From Octopus vulgaris (lineage: Eukaryota): a DNA stretch of 64,000 bases. Positions 10,459-24,799 of this stretch are shown here, one piece after another. A program made the translations under genes and the position numbers. The number at the start of each line of letters is the position of its first letter. Position 1 is the stretch's first letter. The notes under the pieces were generated by a model. That model saw only the letters and a program-made list of their open reading frames with translations, did not search any database and was not told the DNA's origin. The DNA is taken from contig OX597823.1 in the NCBI GenBank assembly GCA_951406725.2, forward strand, positions 41,788,001 through 41,852,000, given 5' to 3'.

Positions 10459-10856
10459 GCAGGAGTGTCTGTGTCGTAAGTAGCTTGCTTACCAACCACA
10501 TGGTTCTGAGTTCAGTCCTACTGTGTGGCACCTTGGGCAAGTGTCTTCTACTATAGCCTCAGGCAAACCAAAGCCTTGTGAGTGGATTTTTTGACAGAAA
10601 CTGAAAGAAGACCGGTGTGTATATATATATATGTATGTATGTATATATGTATGTATGTATGTGTATGTATGTGTGTGTGTGTATGTATGTATGTATGTTT
10701 GTATGTTTGTATGTATATGTTTGTGTGTCTGTGTTTGTCCCCACTTCATCACTTGACAACCGATGTTGGTGTGCTTGCATCTCCGTAACCTTGTGGTTTG
10801 GCAAAAGTGACCGAGAGAATAAGTACTAGGCTTGCAAAGAATAAGTCCTGGGGTCT
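10459..10856 (+). mobile_element. SINE family A, 3'-truncated
   Basis: tRNA head, CCTTGGGCAAGTGTCTTCTACTATAGCC core, internal microsatellite. Confidence 0.85.
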
Positions 10857-11235
10857 GACTCTCCACCCAGTGAATTTGTCACAAGGTGGGTTACTGTGGA
10901 AGAAAAAGCTAGGGTGAATGGACCTACTCCTAACACATGCTTGTAGAGTGAGTAATGATAGTTGGGTGATGGCTAGGGCCTTTGGTGACTTGGTGATCCT
11001 AGATCCTAGATTGGCCCTAGCTGAAAATTCTGTATGAGGAAGACTGCATCATCCTTGTGTTCGCATATTTTGAATGCTAGATATACATTTTATACCATTC
11101 CTTCTTCTCTTCCTTTCTTCCACTCATTTTTATAAACCCCCTCCACACACACACACACACACATACATACACTCTCACAAATTGTAAACTGAACTTGTAA
11201 CATACCCCTCATCTGATGTCCCTGTGGCAAATAAA

Positions 11236-11248
11236 AGAAATTATTATA

Positions 11249-11281
<33 letters not shown>

Positions 11282-11401
11282 GTTATCATTATTATTATTA
11301 TTATACATCTGAGGCTTCTATGGTTTAAGCAAAAAATTCTAATTATTTTTATCAACTTAAACATCATCAATACAGAAATCAATGTTACTAACATTGCCAA
11401 A

Positions 11402-11451
<50 letters not shown>

Positions 11452-11778
11452 CCTCTCTCTCTCTCTCCCCTCTCCCTCTCTTTCATTATTTCTCTCTTTC
11501 ACTTCCTCTCTCTCTCCCTTCTCTCTTTCTCTCTCTTCCTCTCTCTCTCTTTCTCCTTCTCTCTCTCTCAATATCCTTACCACACCCCAGTAGTATTTTT
11601 AATTCTTTCTTTCTATCTTTGTAGGTTCTTTAGTCTAAAGATCTATTTCAGATACATAAAACATTATTATTAATTTTATTATTTTTATTATTATCTATCA
11701 TCATCAATCTTCTTCTTCGTCTTCGTCTTCTTCTTCTTCTTCGTCTTCTTCGTCTTCTTCTTCTTCTTCTTCTTCTTC

Positions 11779-11849
<71 letters not shown>

Positions 11850-11945
11850 TATTATTATTGCTTATATTTTCATTTTCATCATCATTTTTGTTATTATTAG
11901 TATTATTATTATTATTATTATTATCATCATCATCATCATCATCAG
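11236..11945. repeat. Compound microsatellite field: (TTA)n, (CT)n, (CA)n, (CTT)n, (TCA)n
   Basis: Directly visible simple repeats; source of several spurious ORFs. Confidence 0.95.
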
Positions 11946-12540
11946 ACTGCACTGTATGCTGCCTTGTGCATGGTTTCGTTTAATGTTGTGCCATATTTGA
12001 TATGCTGTTTGCTGTTTGGAATTGAATTGAAAACTAATTGAATTTGTTTTAAGAGATTTTCTGCTGTGTTTGTTGTTTCGTCTTTAATTACATTTTTTAT
12101 GTTTGTTTTATTCATTCGTTTATTTATTTATGTTTTTGAGTTTCCCAGTTGCTATTTATATCTAACTTTGTCGATAAGCTACTAAATGTTTCAGTCGTTG
12201 GCAAAAGGCAGTTGAACAGAGCAAGCCACCATTGGGAGAGATGAGTTTAGAATTAAAAATGAAAATCAACACAGGAATTAATGTTAAAAAACAAAAATAC
12301 AGCCATTGTTTTGTTTTTTTTTTTGGTATATTTCTTTTTGTAAATTTTACTTATATTCTATTGTAAAAAAAATTTAACCCTATTTTTTTTTCCTTCCAGG
12401 TTAATAAATGTATTTATATGATTTTGTGTTTAATCATAGTTATGCAATTCATACATATAGATGCATAGATACACGCTTGGCACATGTCATATATATATTT
12501 ATATATATATATACATACATATATATATATATATATATAC

Positions 12541-12751
12541 CAGAGTAGGCACATAAATGCAAAACAAGGTGTAAAAAATAGTACACAAATAGGTAGAGTA
12601 ATATGCTTTATTAAAAAGCAGCAAAAGTATCACAAAAACTGTTACTCAGAGTTTCACATTCCCATTCGTCGGACAGTTTTGTTTAGAAACTGTCCGACGA
12701 ATGGGAATGTGAAACTCTGAGTAACAGTTTTTGTGATATTTTTACTGCTTC

Positions 12752-12757
<6 letters not shown>
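12541..12757 (-). mobile_element. Fold-back insertion in (TA)n with hammerhead-like cores (Penelope-like remnant)
   Basis: ~70-bp arms 12609-12679 / 12687-12757 with 7-nt loop and unpaired 68-nt leader; AAACTGT-CCGACGA-ATGGGAATGT-GAAACTCTGAGTA-ACAGTTT. Confidence 0.7.
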
Positions 12758-12792
<35 letters not shown>

Positions 12793-14001
12793 ACACACAC
12801 ATACATATATATATAATGTATATATATGTCATCATCATCATCACCACCAATTGTTTATGCATGTATATGTGCACATATATATATAATGCCTATGTATATA
12901 TGTATATATATATACATGTGCATATATATATAATGTATATGATATATGTATGTATATATATGTGCATATATACATGCATATATATATATATATATATATG
13001 TACATATATATATTCATATATATATATGTGTGTATATATATGTGTGTGTGTGTATGTGTATGTGTGTGTGTGCATGTTTGCTCATTATAAATGAATATCT
13101 TCTTTTCTCTATTAGTGAGTGTATGTGTGTGTATGTGTGTGTGGGGGTGTGTGCATGCTTATATATTATATATTACTTTTCAAAGGAAAAGGTTGATAGT
13201 GACTTCTACATATCAGTGTTGTTTCCATCATCATCAAAATGTATATGCATTTACTTTTGATAACGAATATATCTATGAGTTATGTTTGTACCTTAAAACA
13301 TTATTACATGTATGTATGCATATTTGTGTGTATGAGAATGTTAATGCTGGTAAGATATATACCAATATATGTACACTTATTTATGCATTACTATGCATAT
13401 ACTGATTGTGCAACATGCACAAATGACATACATTTAGCTATATCTATATATACACCCTGTGAATTAATACTTTTGTTTATAATAATATTTTTGATACTCT
13501 GTTTTTTTTTCTTTTATTTTGTATAGATTAAAACTATGATTTCTAAACCACATATACATGCCTTCATATCAAATCATATCTACAATAGAAACATTGCTGT
13601 AATGTCAGATAGAATCTTGGAGATAATGAGACTAGTGTTATGTATTCACACTTGTAAATCTACCCTACATTCCTCGCACTGCAAAAGATATCGGAATATC
13701 TTTGTTAAATAGATTCAATAAATGTCCTATGAATTTTAGAAAATATTATGTAAATTGCCTATCACAACAATTATACATATGTTTGTATTCATGCATGCAC
13801 CCACACTCATATATGTATGTGTGTGTGTGCGTATATACATATATATCCACACACACACACATATAATCATACATACATGCTTATATACATAAATACATGC
13901 AATACACAAAAGTAGAGTCACTGAAGCTATTACATTGCATCCACATGCTCTTCTTCACTTTTACCTCACAATTTGTTATTATTTCTGAAGTAATAATAAT
14001 G

Positions 14002-14059
<58 letters not shown>

Positions 14060-14061
14060 AT

Positions 14062-16320
14062 GATCCTTTCTACAATGGGTACAAGTCCTGGAATTTGTGA
14101 GTAGGGTGTAAGTTGATCAGATCGAATCCCAGTACTTGACTAATACTTAATTTATCAACCCTGAAAGGATGAAAGGCAAAGTCGATATTGGTGGAATTTG
14201 AACGGAGAACGTAAAGATGGGTGAAATACCTCTAAGCAATTTTGAGGTAAGGTGTTAGTTAATTAGATAGACCCCAGTGCTTTACTGGTATTTGTTTTAT
14301 AGACCCAGAAAAGATAAAAAGGCAAAGTTGACCCCTGCAGACTTTTCACTTTAAATATAAAGTGCTGTGAGAAATATCATTAAATATTTTGTCTGATGTG
14401 CTAACAATTATATCAGCCCATCACCTTAATAGTTATAATAATTTTCTCCTACCAGACATAAGGCCTGGAACTTTTGTGGAAAGTGTGTGTGTGGGTGAGG
14501 GGGGTTGCTGGTCAATTACATCAACTCCAGTGCTCAACAGAATGTAAAGCAAAGTCAACCTTATGTTCACAAGGAGCCAAAACAATATCAAAGGGCAAAT
14601 TTCAGTGCACAAAAAAAATGAAGCTTGCTCCAATCAAAGGGAATTAACATTACTAAGAACATACAAAAGATGTAAAAATAGAGCTAAAAGAAATTAATCC
14701 CCCAGTAATGGAGCAATCTACTGAGAATAATTCATGGGAAATGCAACACAAAAAAAGGCCCTGATTACTCTACCAACTCCAAGGCATAGAAACTGCTCTC
14801 TCCCAGTTTCTTTCACTCTATAGAGAAAAGCAAACAAAACACAGGATAGGCCTAAATAATAACAGATACTTCGAATTTCGGCACAAGGCCAGCAACTTTG
14901 ATGTGAGTGTTTTGATCAGTTACATTGGACCCCAGAGGTAGAATGGCATTTTATTTTATCAAGACTGAAAGAATAGAAGACAATATTGAACTTGACAGCA
15001 ATTGAATGATTTGATCTCAGAATTCAAAAAGCCCAGACAAATACCAGAAAGAGTTTTCCTTGATGCTCTGACATTTCTGCCAGTTAGGTGCCAATAATAA
15101 CAATAATAGTGATAATAATAATAATGCATTATTTACATTTGACGGATATTTGCCCTCATCTTGTTTGTTAACACGTTTCAGCTGATATACCCTCCAGCTG
15201 ATCTATCCTCGACTCATATACCGTCTTGGGGAAATTTAAAACCTGGGTTCTCATTCCTAAAATGTCATTACTATTATCATTATTCAGGTCACTGCCTGGA
15301 ATCGAACTCGGAATCTTGGGGTTAGTAACCCACGCTTTTAACCACTACGCCATATGCCTGTGGGCAATTATGTAGTGAATTTTAGGGCTTATAACTCTAA
15401 TATTTTCCTATCCTTCCTTAATACCTGTTCATATCTAAGGCCAGCAATTTTAAGGGAAGTACAAGTGTTCAACTGGTACTTATTTTATTAACCTTGAAGG
15501 AAGAAAGGCAGAGTTGACCTCAGTGGAATTTGAATTCAGAACATAAAGATAGATGAAATTCTGCAAAGTATTTTTCCAGGCATGCTAACAATTCTGCCAG
15601 CTCACCACCTTAATAATAACAATAATGATGTCGATGATGATAATGGTTTCAAATTCTGGCCTAAGGCCAGCAGTATTAAGGGAAAGTACAAGTGTTCAAC
15701 TGGTAAGCAACCTTGAAAGGAAGAAAGGCAAAGTTGACCTCAGTGGATTTTGAAATCTTTAAATATATAATAATATTGATTTTAAATTTTGGCACAATGC
15801 CGGCAATTTCGGGGGAGGGGTTAGTTGATTACATCAACGCCATTTTTTAACTGGTACTTATTATGATCAACTCTGAAAGGATGAAAGGCAAAGTCAAACT
15901 CGGTGGAATTTGACCTCAGAATGTAAAGACAAATGAAATGCCTCTAAGCATTTTGCCCAACTTGCTACATCAGCGTTTATTTCTAATATTAGTATTATGC
16001 CAGAATTGTGGCAGAATCATTACCACACCAAGCAAAATGCTTAGCAGCATTTTGTCCATCTTTATGTTCTGAGTTCAAATTCCACTGAGGTTGATTTTGC
16101 TTTCATAATTTTGGGATTGATAAAATAAGTGCCAGTTGAACATTGGGGGTCAATGTAATTGACTTACCCCTTCTTTCAAAATTGTCAGTCTTGTGCCAAA
16201 TTTGAAACCATTATTATCATTATTAAGGATTTCAAATTCCACCAATGTTGACATTGCTTTTTATCCTTTCAGGAATGTTAATTACATCAACCTCAGTTAG
16301 GCATTATGGTCAATGTAATT
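14062..16320. mobile_element. Cluster of about eight family-B SINE copies (minus to ~15965, plus from ~16000) with nested family-D and R4 remnants
   Basis: Repeated GAAAGGATGAAAGGCAAAGTYGACC..GGAATTTGAACTCAGAA motif; 15435-15535 and 15661-15755 share an internal deletion, suggesting local duplication. Confidence 0.8.
15126..15420 (-). mobile_element. Second family-D copy (tRNA-like head + Penelope-like tail), no fold-back
   Basis: Reverse complement of 1529-1800; tRNA part 15285-15358 retains CpGs; hammerhead CTGAAGA replaced by unrelated sequence. Confidence 0.8.
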
Positions 16321-16759
16321 AGCTATCCCACTCTCACAAAAATATGTATAACAAAAGAATTTAAGACCTGTTAATAATAATTATTAATTAATCTGACATG
16401 GCTGTGTGGTAAGAAGCTTGCTTCACAACCACCTGGTTCCAGATTCAATTCCCACTACATGTCACCTTGGGCAAGTGCCTTCTACAATAACTTCAGGCTG
16501 ACCAAAATTGATAGCACACTGGACAAAATGCAAAGCAGTTTTTCATCCCATCATTACATTCTGAGTTTAAATTCTGTCAAATTTGGCTTTACCTTTCATC
16601 TTTTCAGGGTTGATAAAATAAGATCTCCAAAATTACTGGCCTTGTGCCAAAATTTGAAGCCAATATACAATAAAACAATTAGAGTGAAAGGTTTTTCTGC
16701 TGCTTCTTGTATATACAACTCAGGAATATTATGATTGCCACTTCTTTACAGAAGAAGGC

Positions 16760-17010
16760 CATCTCTTCAATTAATAAATGCTGTCATGAGATCTTGAATG
16801 ACTAGCAAGTCCTGCTCTTGACAAACAAACTCTACTGCAGATCTTACAAATATTTTCAAGCAGAAAAGTATATGGGATACGAAGTGCTCCCTTCAAGATA
16901 GATTGTTCAATTCTTCAAGCTTCAAATGCTTTACATCTATTGTGGATCATTTACTTCCAAACCGATTGATCTTGCGTCATCTGCCCCAAGTGTTCAACTT
17001 TCACATTAAG
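16760..17010 (-). mobile_element. Decayed RTE-type LINE ORF C-terminus with zinc finger
   Basis: Translates to DQSVWK*MIHNRCKAFEA*R...ENICKICSRVCLSRAGLASHSRSH (C-x2-C...GL-x-SH-x-R-x-H). Confidence 0.7.
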
Positions 17011-17972
17011 AGCTCAGGAATATATATATCTGTGTGTGTGTTTGTATCTGTGCCTTTTTGTGTGTGTGTGTGTATGTGAATATGAGTGGTAGATGAATAA
17101 ATATATATTAACATATATATCAAGATTTGGATGATATGTACCAGAGGTTGGAAAATTTTCTCATATGCTGTGAATTTGAGTTCTTGTCTTTGCAATATCA
17201 TCTGTTCTCAGACAAGGATCTAACTTTCACTTCTCTCCAGTATAGCCATGAATCAAATATGCTACTTCTCACTTTTGATGTATAAGTAAATATTAGGTTA
17301 AAAAGGGGATTCTTGTAAGAGAATTTCATAATTTTTAAGTGACTTCCTAGTGGTGACTTTAAGTGACTTCCTCTCTTTTAAAACATTTATGAAATTATAT
17401 ATACCACACTCATTAACATCATCATCACATCACTACAGATTGGTTTTATATGTTGGCATGGATTCACCAGGTCAGAGGAGTGCATTTTCTTCTAATGTCT
17501 CCTTTTGACATGGTTTTTATAGCTGGATGCTCTTCCTAACACCAACAACCTTGCATATCAATGTGCATTTTTCTCATGGCATTAGCACTAAATGTGCATT
17601 TTCCCATGGTACCAGCAGGACTAAAAGAGTACTATCAAGCCCTCACGTTGATAACCTACTGGCAACTGATGATAGAATTTCCTTGCTTATGCTAAATATG
17701 TCTTTCATTCTCTTGTCTGTGTCTCTGCTTGTTGCCACTGTTCTGTTTGACTCAGCAAACAGGACACAAAACTGTTGGCAATTCAACTGTTTCAAACTGG
17801 TGATTTCCAACAGGGATACAGTTTGTGTGATAATATGACAGTAAAAACTGTAGTATGACTTATTTGAAGAAAACTATCTGTAGTGTTAGAGGAGCTGGAC
17901 AATGGTTCAGGTGCTCCATTTCTAACCATGCTAACCATGTGTAACTCTGCCCTTGCACTCTACCCACCCCTC

Positions 17973-18107
17973 TAATCCACTGTCCATATTCTCTTTTATG
18001 CTTACCCTCTTGTAACTTGAGAGTTTGCTCTGGCACCCCTTTGATCCACTATCCATATCTTCTTTTATGCTTACTCTCTTGTACCTTGGGAGTTTGCTCT
18101 GGCACCC
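17973..18107. repeat. Diverged ~69-nt direct tandem duplication
   Basis: ATCCACTRTCCATAT..CTTTTATGCTTACYCTCTTGTAMCTTGRGAGTTTGCTCTGGCACCC occurs twice. Confidence 0.85.
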
Positions 18108-20380
18108 AACCACTACCAGCTTTATGTTCTTCCCTGCTACTTTCACCTACCCTTTTATAATACAGGGTAGACATGTATCTCCTCAATAGTACAGGCATCT
18201 GAGCTCATTTGTCTATCATATTTTATCCTCTTAACATTTAGCCTAAAGCCACCATGCCACTCTCAAATATTCCCCAATTTTAATCAAGTGAGATGGATTT
18301 TTTCCTACTTCTTTTGGTGTCTTACAAGCTCCTTGGCAACCTCACTATTGTCAGTGGAATAAAAAAGAAAAACAATCAGTACACACTGTAGATTGGTTGC
18401 CATTAGGAAGGGCATCCACCTATAGCAATCATGCCAAAGCTAGCATTGGTGTTTGCAGCAGACTTGAGGTTTGCCAGAGTCTGTCAAACTGATATCAAAT
18501 GCTACTGCTGCTGCTGATGATGAACTAAATAAGATTTGATAATGGTCATTTATATTCTACCACTAATGGTACCGTTACCAATACTACAAAACCACATATA
18601 AGACTCTGTTACCAATGTTACCAGTCCTGACTATTTCTGTCCCTGCTAACACCCACTATCACCACCACCACCAGCAACAACAGAAACAACCCTGTCACAT
18701 AGCTCATATGTAGGACCAATATCACTACTTACTCCTTTAGGTGTGACAGAAGATGACTTAAAACAGAATCTTTGTTTATAAAAGAAGACTTACAAAAATA
18801 AAGAAAAAAGAAAGATGGGGGAGGGGAGAAAAAGGAGAGGGAAGAAAATTAAATGAAAGCAGAGACATTTCTTGACCCTGAATTACATGACTTTAGAGAG
18901 CCATACAATTATGGCTAATGCCAAGAATTATTGATCTCCAATAACTTCCCAAAAGTTCTTTGATTTTGTTATGTGAAGCAGTTTATGAGAGAATCAGCAG
19001 TGAATTGAAGCAGGAAAAATTAACTTATATTAACTTATATCCTCATAAGCCATTTTGAAAGAAATATTCATTTTATTACAGCCATTCATTTCAATCTTGA
19101 TTGGCTATTGATCAGTTTAGAAAAAGATGGTGTCTAAGAGATAGATAGATAGATAGATAGACAGATAGATCGTTTGAGAGAAAGAGAGAGAGACTATAAA
19201 CTAGAGAGAGGTTCATAGAGAAGGAGTAAAAACATGAGACAAGAAAAGCAATGTGTGTATGCCTTATATATATATATATTTGTGTGTGTGTATATATGTA
19301 TATATATATGTATTTATATATATATATATATATATGTCTCTGTGTGTGTGAGTATGTATATAAATGTATACATGTGTTTGTGTATACATATATTTCTATA
19401 CATATATGCACAAACATAGAGGTATGCATATATATATGTAACACATATATACTTTGTACATATGTATGCATACATACATATGTGCATATGCACATAAGAA
19501 TATACGTGTGTGTGTGTGTGCAAAGAGAGTGGTTAGAGATAAGGAGAGATGCAGGCAGAGACAGACGATGTCTGAAGATAATAAGACAAACATGAACACA
19601 AAGAGAAATTTTACTGTTAGAGAAAGTAAGAAAAAGTAACATGGACAGACAGAAATAAAGAATAAATAAACATGATGATACATTGTTACAGAGAGACAGG
19701 GTGGATGGGGGAGGGAACATTTAGAGTGAAGGGACAGACAATTGTGAGTGTCATGTGAATAGACACATTAATAATTAAATATCATGAAAGTATGTTCGGT
19801 GCCTAGCAGTGGAAGTCTGCTGATTATGAAAACTATAATACCCTGGGTATGACAAGAGTGTAATTATTATTTCCTTTAATATGAATATATTAGTAGTACT
19901 AAATTGGTTGGCTTTTGAGACTACTTGGTCATTTTGTTAATCCTTTGATTTTGATTTTAAAAAATCAGGTTATTCTAGTCTATCTATCAGAAAAGGAATA
20001 CTGAGTCTTGGTGCAGCTCTATGCCCTGCCAGTTCACATCTTTGCACATTGCAAGATGAAAAGGTAGAAGATTCAAGAGAGTGACCTGGTTTTCTGGTGA
20101 CGACACAAGCACCTACAACAATTTCTGAAAGCATGGTACATGTTATTATGCCATACTCACTCGTGCATGACAGCTGGTTTTGAAAATCAGGCAGGTAATT
20201 TTGAGTGAATCACATGAAATGAAGAAGGTACATAAATAAGAATGGCGGCTTTAGTTTGTTAGGCTGCATGTCGTAATAATGGTAGAAGATACAAAGAACA
20301 TATTTGGGTTGTCTGTGAGTTTGTTGTTCAAAACTGTTCGTGAATAAAGGTTGACTCAAAAATTGATTAACTGGTATTTT

Positions 20381-20748
20381 TCACTTGTATCAGTCATTGG
20401 GCTGTGGCCATATTGGGGCACTGCATTGGAGAATTTTTTAGTCAAATGAATCATCACCAGTATTTTGTTTTAAGCCTTCTTCTATCAGTCTCTTTTGCTG
20501 AACCACTAGGTTACGGATATGTAAACACACCAGCATTAGTCGTCAAACAGTAATGGAGGACAAACACAGACTCAAAGAAACACCCCCACACACACACAGA
20601 TTATGAGCTTCTTTCAATTTCTGTCTACTAAATTTCCTCACAAGGCTTTGGTCAGTGCAAGGCTATAATAGAAGACACTTGCCAAAAGTGTCACACAGTG
20701 TGACTGAACCCAGAACTACGTGGTTGGGAAGCAAGCTTCTTACTACAC
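20381..20748 (-). mobile_element. SINE family A variant
   Basis: Reverse complement of the family-A head, core and tail. Confidence 0.8.
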
Positions 20749-20819
20749 TCATTTTTTTTTATGTTTTCCAAAATGTTTGACAAAAAGCAGCTATAGGACT
20801 CCCAATATAAATAGAGGCT

Positions 20820-21200
20820 ATACTTGTGTCTGTCTGTTTGTTATTGAAGTATTTTCTGGTCCCAAAGTGAACACTAACATTTGAGAAACCATTCTGGCTG
20901 TTTGATTGATTCTTGGTTCCACAAAAGGTCATCAGAAATTGTAAGACCTTGCATTTGTCAAGTTTGTAAAGATTTTAGTTGTATGTCACTCAAGAATAAG
21001 GAATGTGTTGTCTTGAAGGTGTGTTCCCTCAGTATTTGAATTGATCATTTTGTGCTCTTAAATATGATTAGCTTGTGATTTCTGTTTAAAGAGTTTTTGT
21101 TTGTAGAAGTAGTATGTCTGGCATCAGGTGTTTTCGTGGCTTGTAGATGACAACTATGTGGTAATGGTTTGTAAGGAATGGAGTGCCCTTTACTTCTATG
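20820..21200 (-). mobile_element. Possible heavily decayed RTE RT fragment
   Basis: FKY*G-like motif at ~21045 followed by decayed RTE-like spacing; many stops. Confidence 0.35.
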
Positions 21201-21516
21201 ATTGGTATAGGAATATGTGTGTGTGTGTTTTGAAATGATAGCAACAAAATTATAATGAAGTGACAGTAATTCTAATTATTATTAGAATTTGAGACACAAA
21301 ACTGGTAGAATTGTTATAACTTTGGCAAAATGCCTTGCAATATTTGTTATTGCTATTTTACATTCAGAGTTCAAATCTTATCAGGTTTAACTTTATTTAT
21401 GATCTTTTCAGGGTTGATAAAACAAGGCATAGGTCAAGAACTAGGGTTTGTGCTATTGACAAATCCCTCCAAATTGTGCCTGAATTAGGAGCATCATCAT
21501 CATAATTATATACATG

Positions 21517-21561
<45 letters not shown>

Positions 21562-21568
21562 TATGCAC

Positions 21569-22142
21569 TAGCCAGGCTCATGGGCCCGGTTTCCCAGTTT
21601 CTATGACATATGTGTTCCACCCAGCTGGACAGGATGCCAGTCCATCGCAGCATTACTCAAGAAACAGGAAGAAAGAGTGAGAGAAGTTGGGGCAAAAGAG
21701 TACAACAGGGGTTGCTACCCCCCACCCCTGCTGGAGCCTTGTGGAATTTGGGTGTTTTCGCTCAATAAACACACACAATGCCCGGTCTGGGAATCGAAAC
21801 TGTAATCCTACAACCGCGAGTCCGCTGCCCTAGCCACTCAGCCATTGTGCCTCCACACACACACACACACACACACACATATGATAAAGACACCCTTTGT
21901 TCATGAATGATCATGGGATTGCACATAGAAAGTTCCCCCCCCAGTCAGAAGTCCAGGTAAGGTTGTTTATGGAACACCAGCAGTTGCCCATGCATACCAG
22001 CCTCCCCTCTCCATGCGACTAATATTATCCAAGGGAAAGGCAAAGGCCAATACAGCTTGGCACCAGTGATGTCAACTCATTTCTAGAGCAGAGTGAACTG
22101 GAGCAACATGAAATAAAATGTCTTTAACTACTAAGCCATGCA
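21569..22142 (-). mobile_element. Two tRNA-derived SINEs of family F type
   Basis: Reverse complement GGAGGCACAATGGCTGAGTGGCTAG...GTTTCGATTCCCAGACCGGGC; related copies at 4082-4192, 28370-28573, 29643-29925, 32560-32725, 32866-32980. Confidence 0.75.
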
Positions 22143-22730
22143 GGAGGAGCAGGAACTAATAAAATTTATTCACCATGAATTATACATCCTATGAATTCAC
22201 AGACCCAGTCGTCAGTGATGAGACAATACTAATAAGAAAAATGACTATTTACTGATCAGGTGTCTCGTCTGAACTAACAATATCAAGACGTCTGTATTTT
22301 TACAAAGGAGAAAACAAATTTAAAATAAAATATAAAATAGTACTGAGACTTTAAAATATAAATTAAAACATATATGTGTATAGAAAATTACATATTTCAT
22401 TTCATACCTTAATACCTTCAACTGACTTTGCAAATTGTTTGATATGAGAACTAGCATATATTTTTTTCTTTTTTTTAATGCAATTACTCTTAGAGAAAAC
22501 GAAATGTAATTTTCTTTGCTGCTTTCCGCCACCAACATCACCATAACTGTTTTATGGTTTCTTTTTAATTAATTAAGTTTGTTTTTTTTTTTTTTAATTT
22601 TCAAACATTAAATAAATAAATATATAAATAAAGAAGAGAAATAGTTAGCGTGGGATGGAGAGTGGGGGTAAGATGAATGTGGCAAGGGTAACAGAAGTGA
22701 AAAGAATTTTTGATCAGTGATCACTGAAAC

Positions 22731-22797
<67 letters not shown>

Positions 22798-24799
22798 GTT
22801 CATTGCTAACTTTATTGTATTCCTCTTCATTTAATAATTTTTTTTATATTGAAATATTTTCTTTTTTTTATATATTCAAGAAAAAGTGGGAGAAGAGTAC
22901 ACGCATACATATGCATACATGCACACACATATATAAGCATATATATATATATACACATACACATATATATATATATATATATATATAAAAAGATGAAATA
23001 TCAGTGTGAATATTTATCTTAATTTTTTTTCTTGAAATTAATTGTTGTTGCTGTTCTTTTGTATTCAAAATAGATTCTTAACAATTCAGCAACATGCAAA
23101 AGTATAAAAAATAAAAATTATATGAAAAAATAATGTATACATGTGTGCATGTGTATGTGTTTGTGTGTGTGTGTATGTGTGAACAAGCATGCATATGTAA
23201 TACAATGTGGATAGTAATAGTGTGCGTATGAAGAAAGCTTTCTATCATTTTGGCTGTTGATTGCTCATGTCAATATTTTTCCATTTCTTTTGTAGTTCTA
23301 TAGCTAAGCTCTGCTACAATTCCAGACAACTCTGTTTTGTGATTCTCGTCGTCGTTGTTGTTGTCGTTGTTGCTGTTGCTGTTGTTGTTGTTGTTGTTGT
23401 TGCTGTTGTAATTGTTGTTGTGATTGTTGCTTTTCATTTCTGGCTTGTTTTGTATTTTGTGGGTGTTACAGGTTTTTGACTCTGTTGCAGCTATGCTTTC
23501 ACACAAGGGCTTTAGAATTTTAAGTTGGATTAAAAGATCTAAAAGGTTTTTATTTTTTGTTTTTATTTTGTTTTGTCTTTATGATTTTTAGAAGCCCTTG
23601 TTAAGATGTGCAGACTTCAATCGAACCATACATTACATTGTTGTATCCCTTATAATATTCAAATAAGACCCTTTCATCATCGATTTGACAATCTTTGTTC
23701 TTTTGTGTCACTCGCCACAATCATATATGCATTACATGCATACACATACATGAGACGGTGGTTGTGTTTATGTATATACACACTTTCAAAGTATGTATTT
23801 ATACAGACATGCAGATGCATATGCATGCCTGCATACCCACACACATATGTAAATGTGTGTGCATGTGTATGTGTGTGTGTGTGTACATATACAAAAACAT
23901 ATGTACATAAATGCATATATACCTATGTGAGTGTATGTATATCATCATTGCTTTAATGCCCAGTTTTCTTGCATGGGTCAGATGGAATTTGATGAGGCAG
24001 ATTTCTTGGGGCCAGGTGTCCTTCCTGTCACTAACTCTTACCCATCACAAGGAAATGAATGGCATTACTTGTGTAACAGTAATGCTCATTTACAATTATC
24101 ACAATGTACCAAGAAAAGGATACCCCCACGCCCAACATATATATATATATATATCAGTAATTATTCCTCCTGCTAAGGCCTCTCCATATTGACATTCATC
24201 ATTCCTACTCCTCTTTTTCCTCTCTTTCATTCAATCCTACTACTGGTTTCAGATTTTTGCACAAGGCCAGCAATTTCAGGGGAGTGATTACAATAACATC
24301 AGTACTCAACTAGTACTTTATCTTTTTGACCCTGAAAGGATGAAAGCCAAAGTTGACCCAGGAAGAATTTGAACTCAGAATGTAAAAGACAGATGAAATG
24401 TCACTAAGCCTTTTTTCCTGGTGTGCAAATGATTCTGCCAGCTCACTGCCTTATTCAATCCTATTATCTTCATCAAAAGAAATAAAGAAGTTTTATTAAG
24501 CATACAATGAATTTTTTATTACTTTCTCTTAAAGGAGAAACAAGGATTAATTATTATGATATTTATAGCTTTCCCAGGACTCCCAAGATTGTTGTGGGTC
24601 CGGGCCAACCATAACTCCACTTGAAAATCTATAGGAAAACTAGGAGTTAAAGAGAACTGAAGAAAGGAGTGTTTGTATTCTTGTGACAAGGTGAATGCCT
24701 AAAGCAATTTGAGAAAGCATAGTATGTGTTACCAAGTTACAGCTTGGTAACATGTACCAAACTGGTAACATGTACCACTTTTACAAGTTGAACACTAGC

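Noticed and set aside
17640-17875. Open frames on both strands in unique sequence
   Set aside because: No recognisable motif or convincing splice-site pair.
22210-22278. C/D box snoRNA (GTGATGA...CTGA)
   Set aside because: Short, no terminal stem, no recognisable rRNA antisense element.
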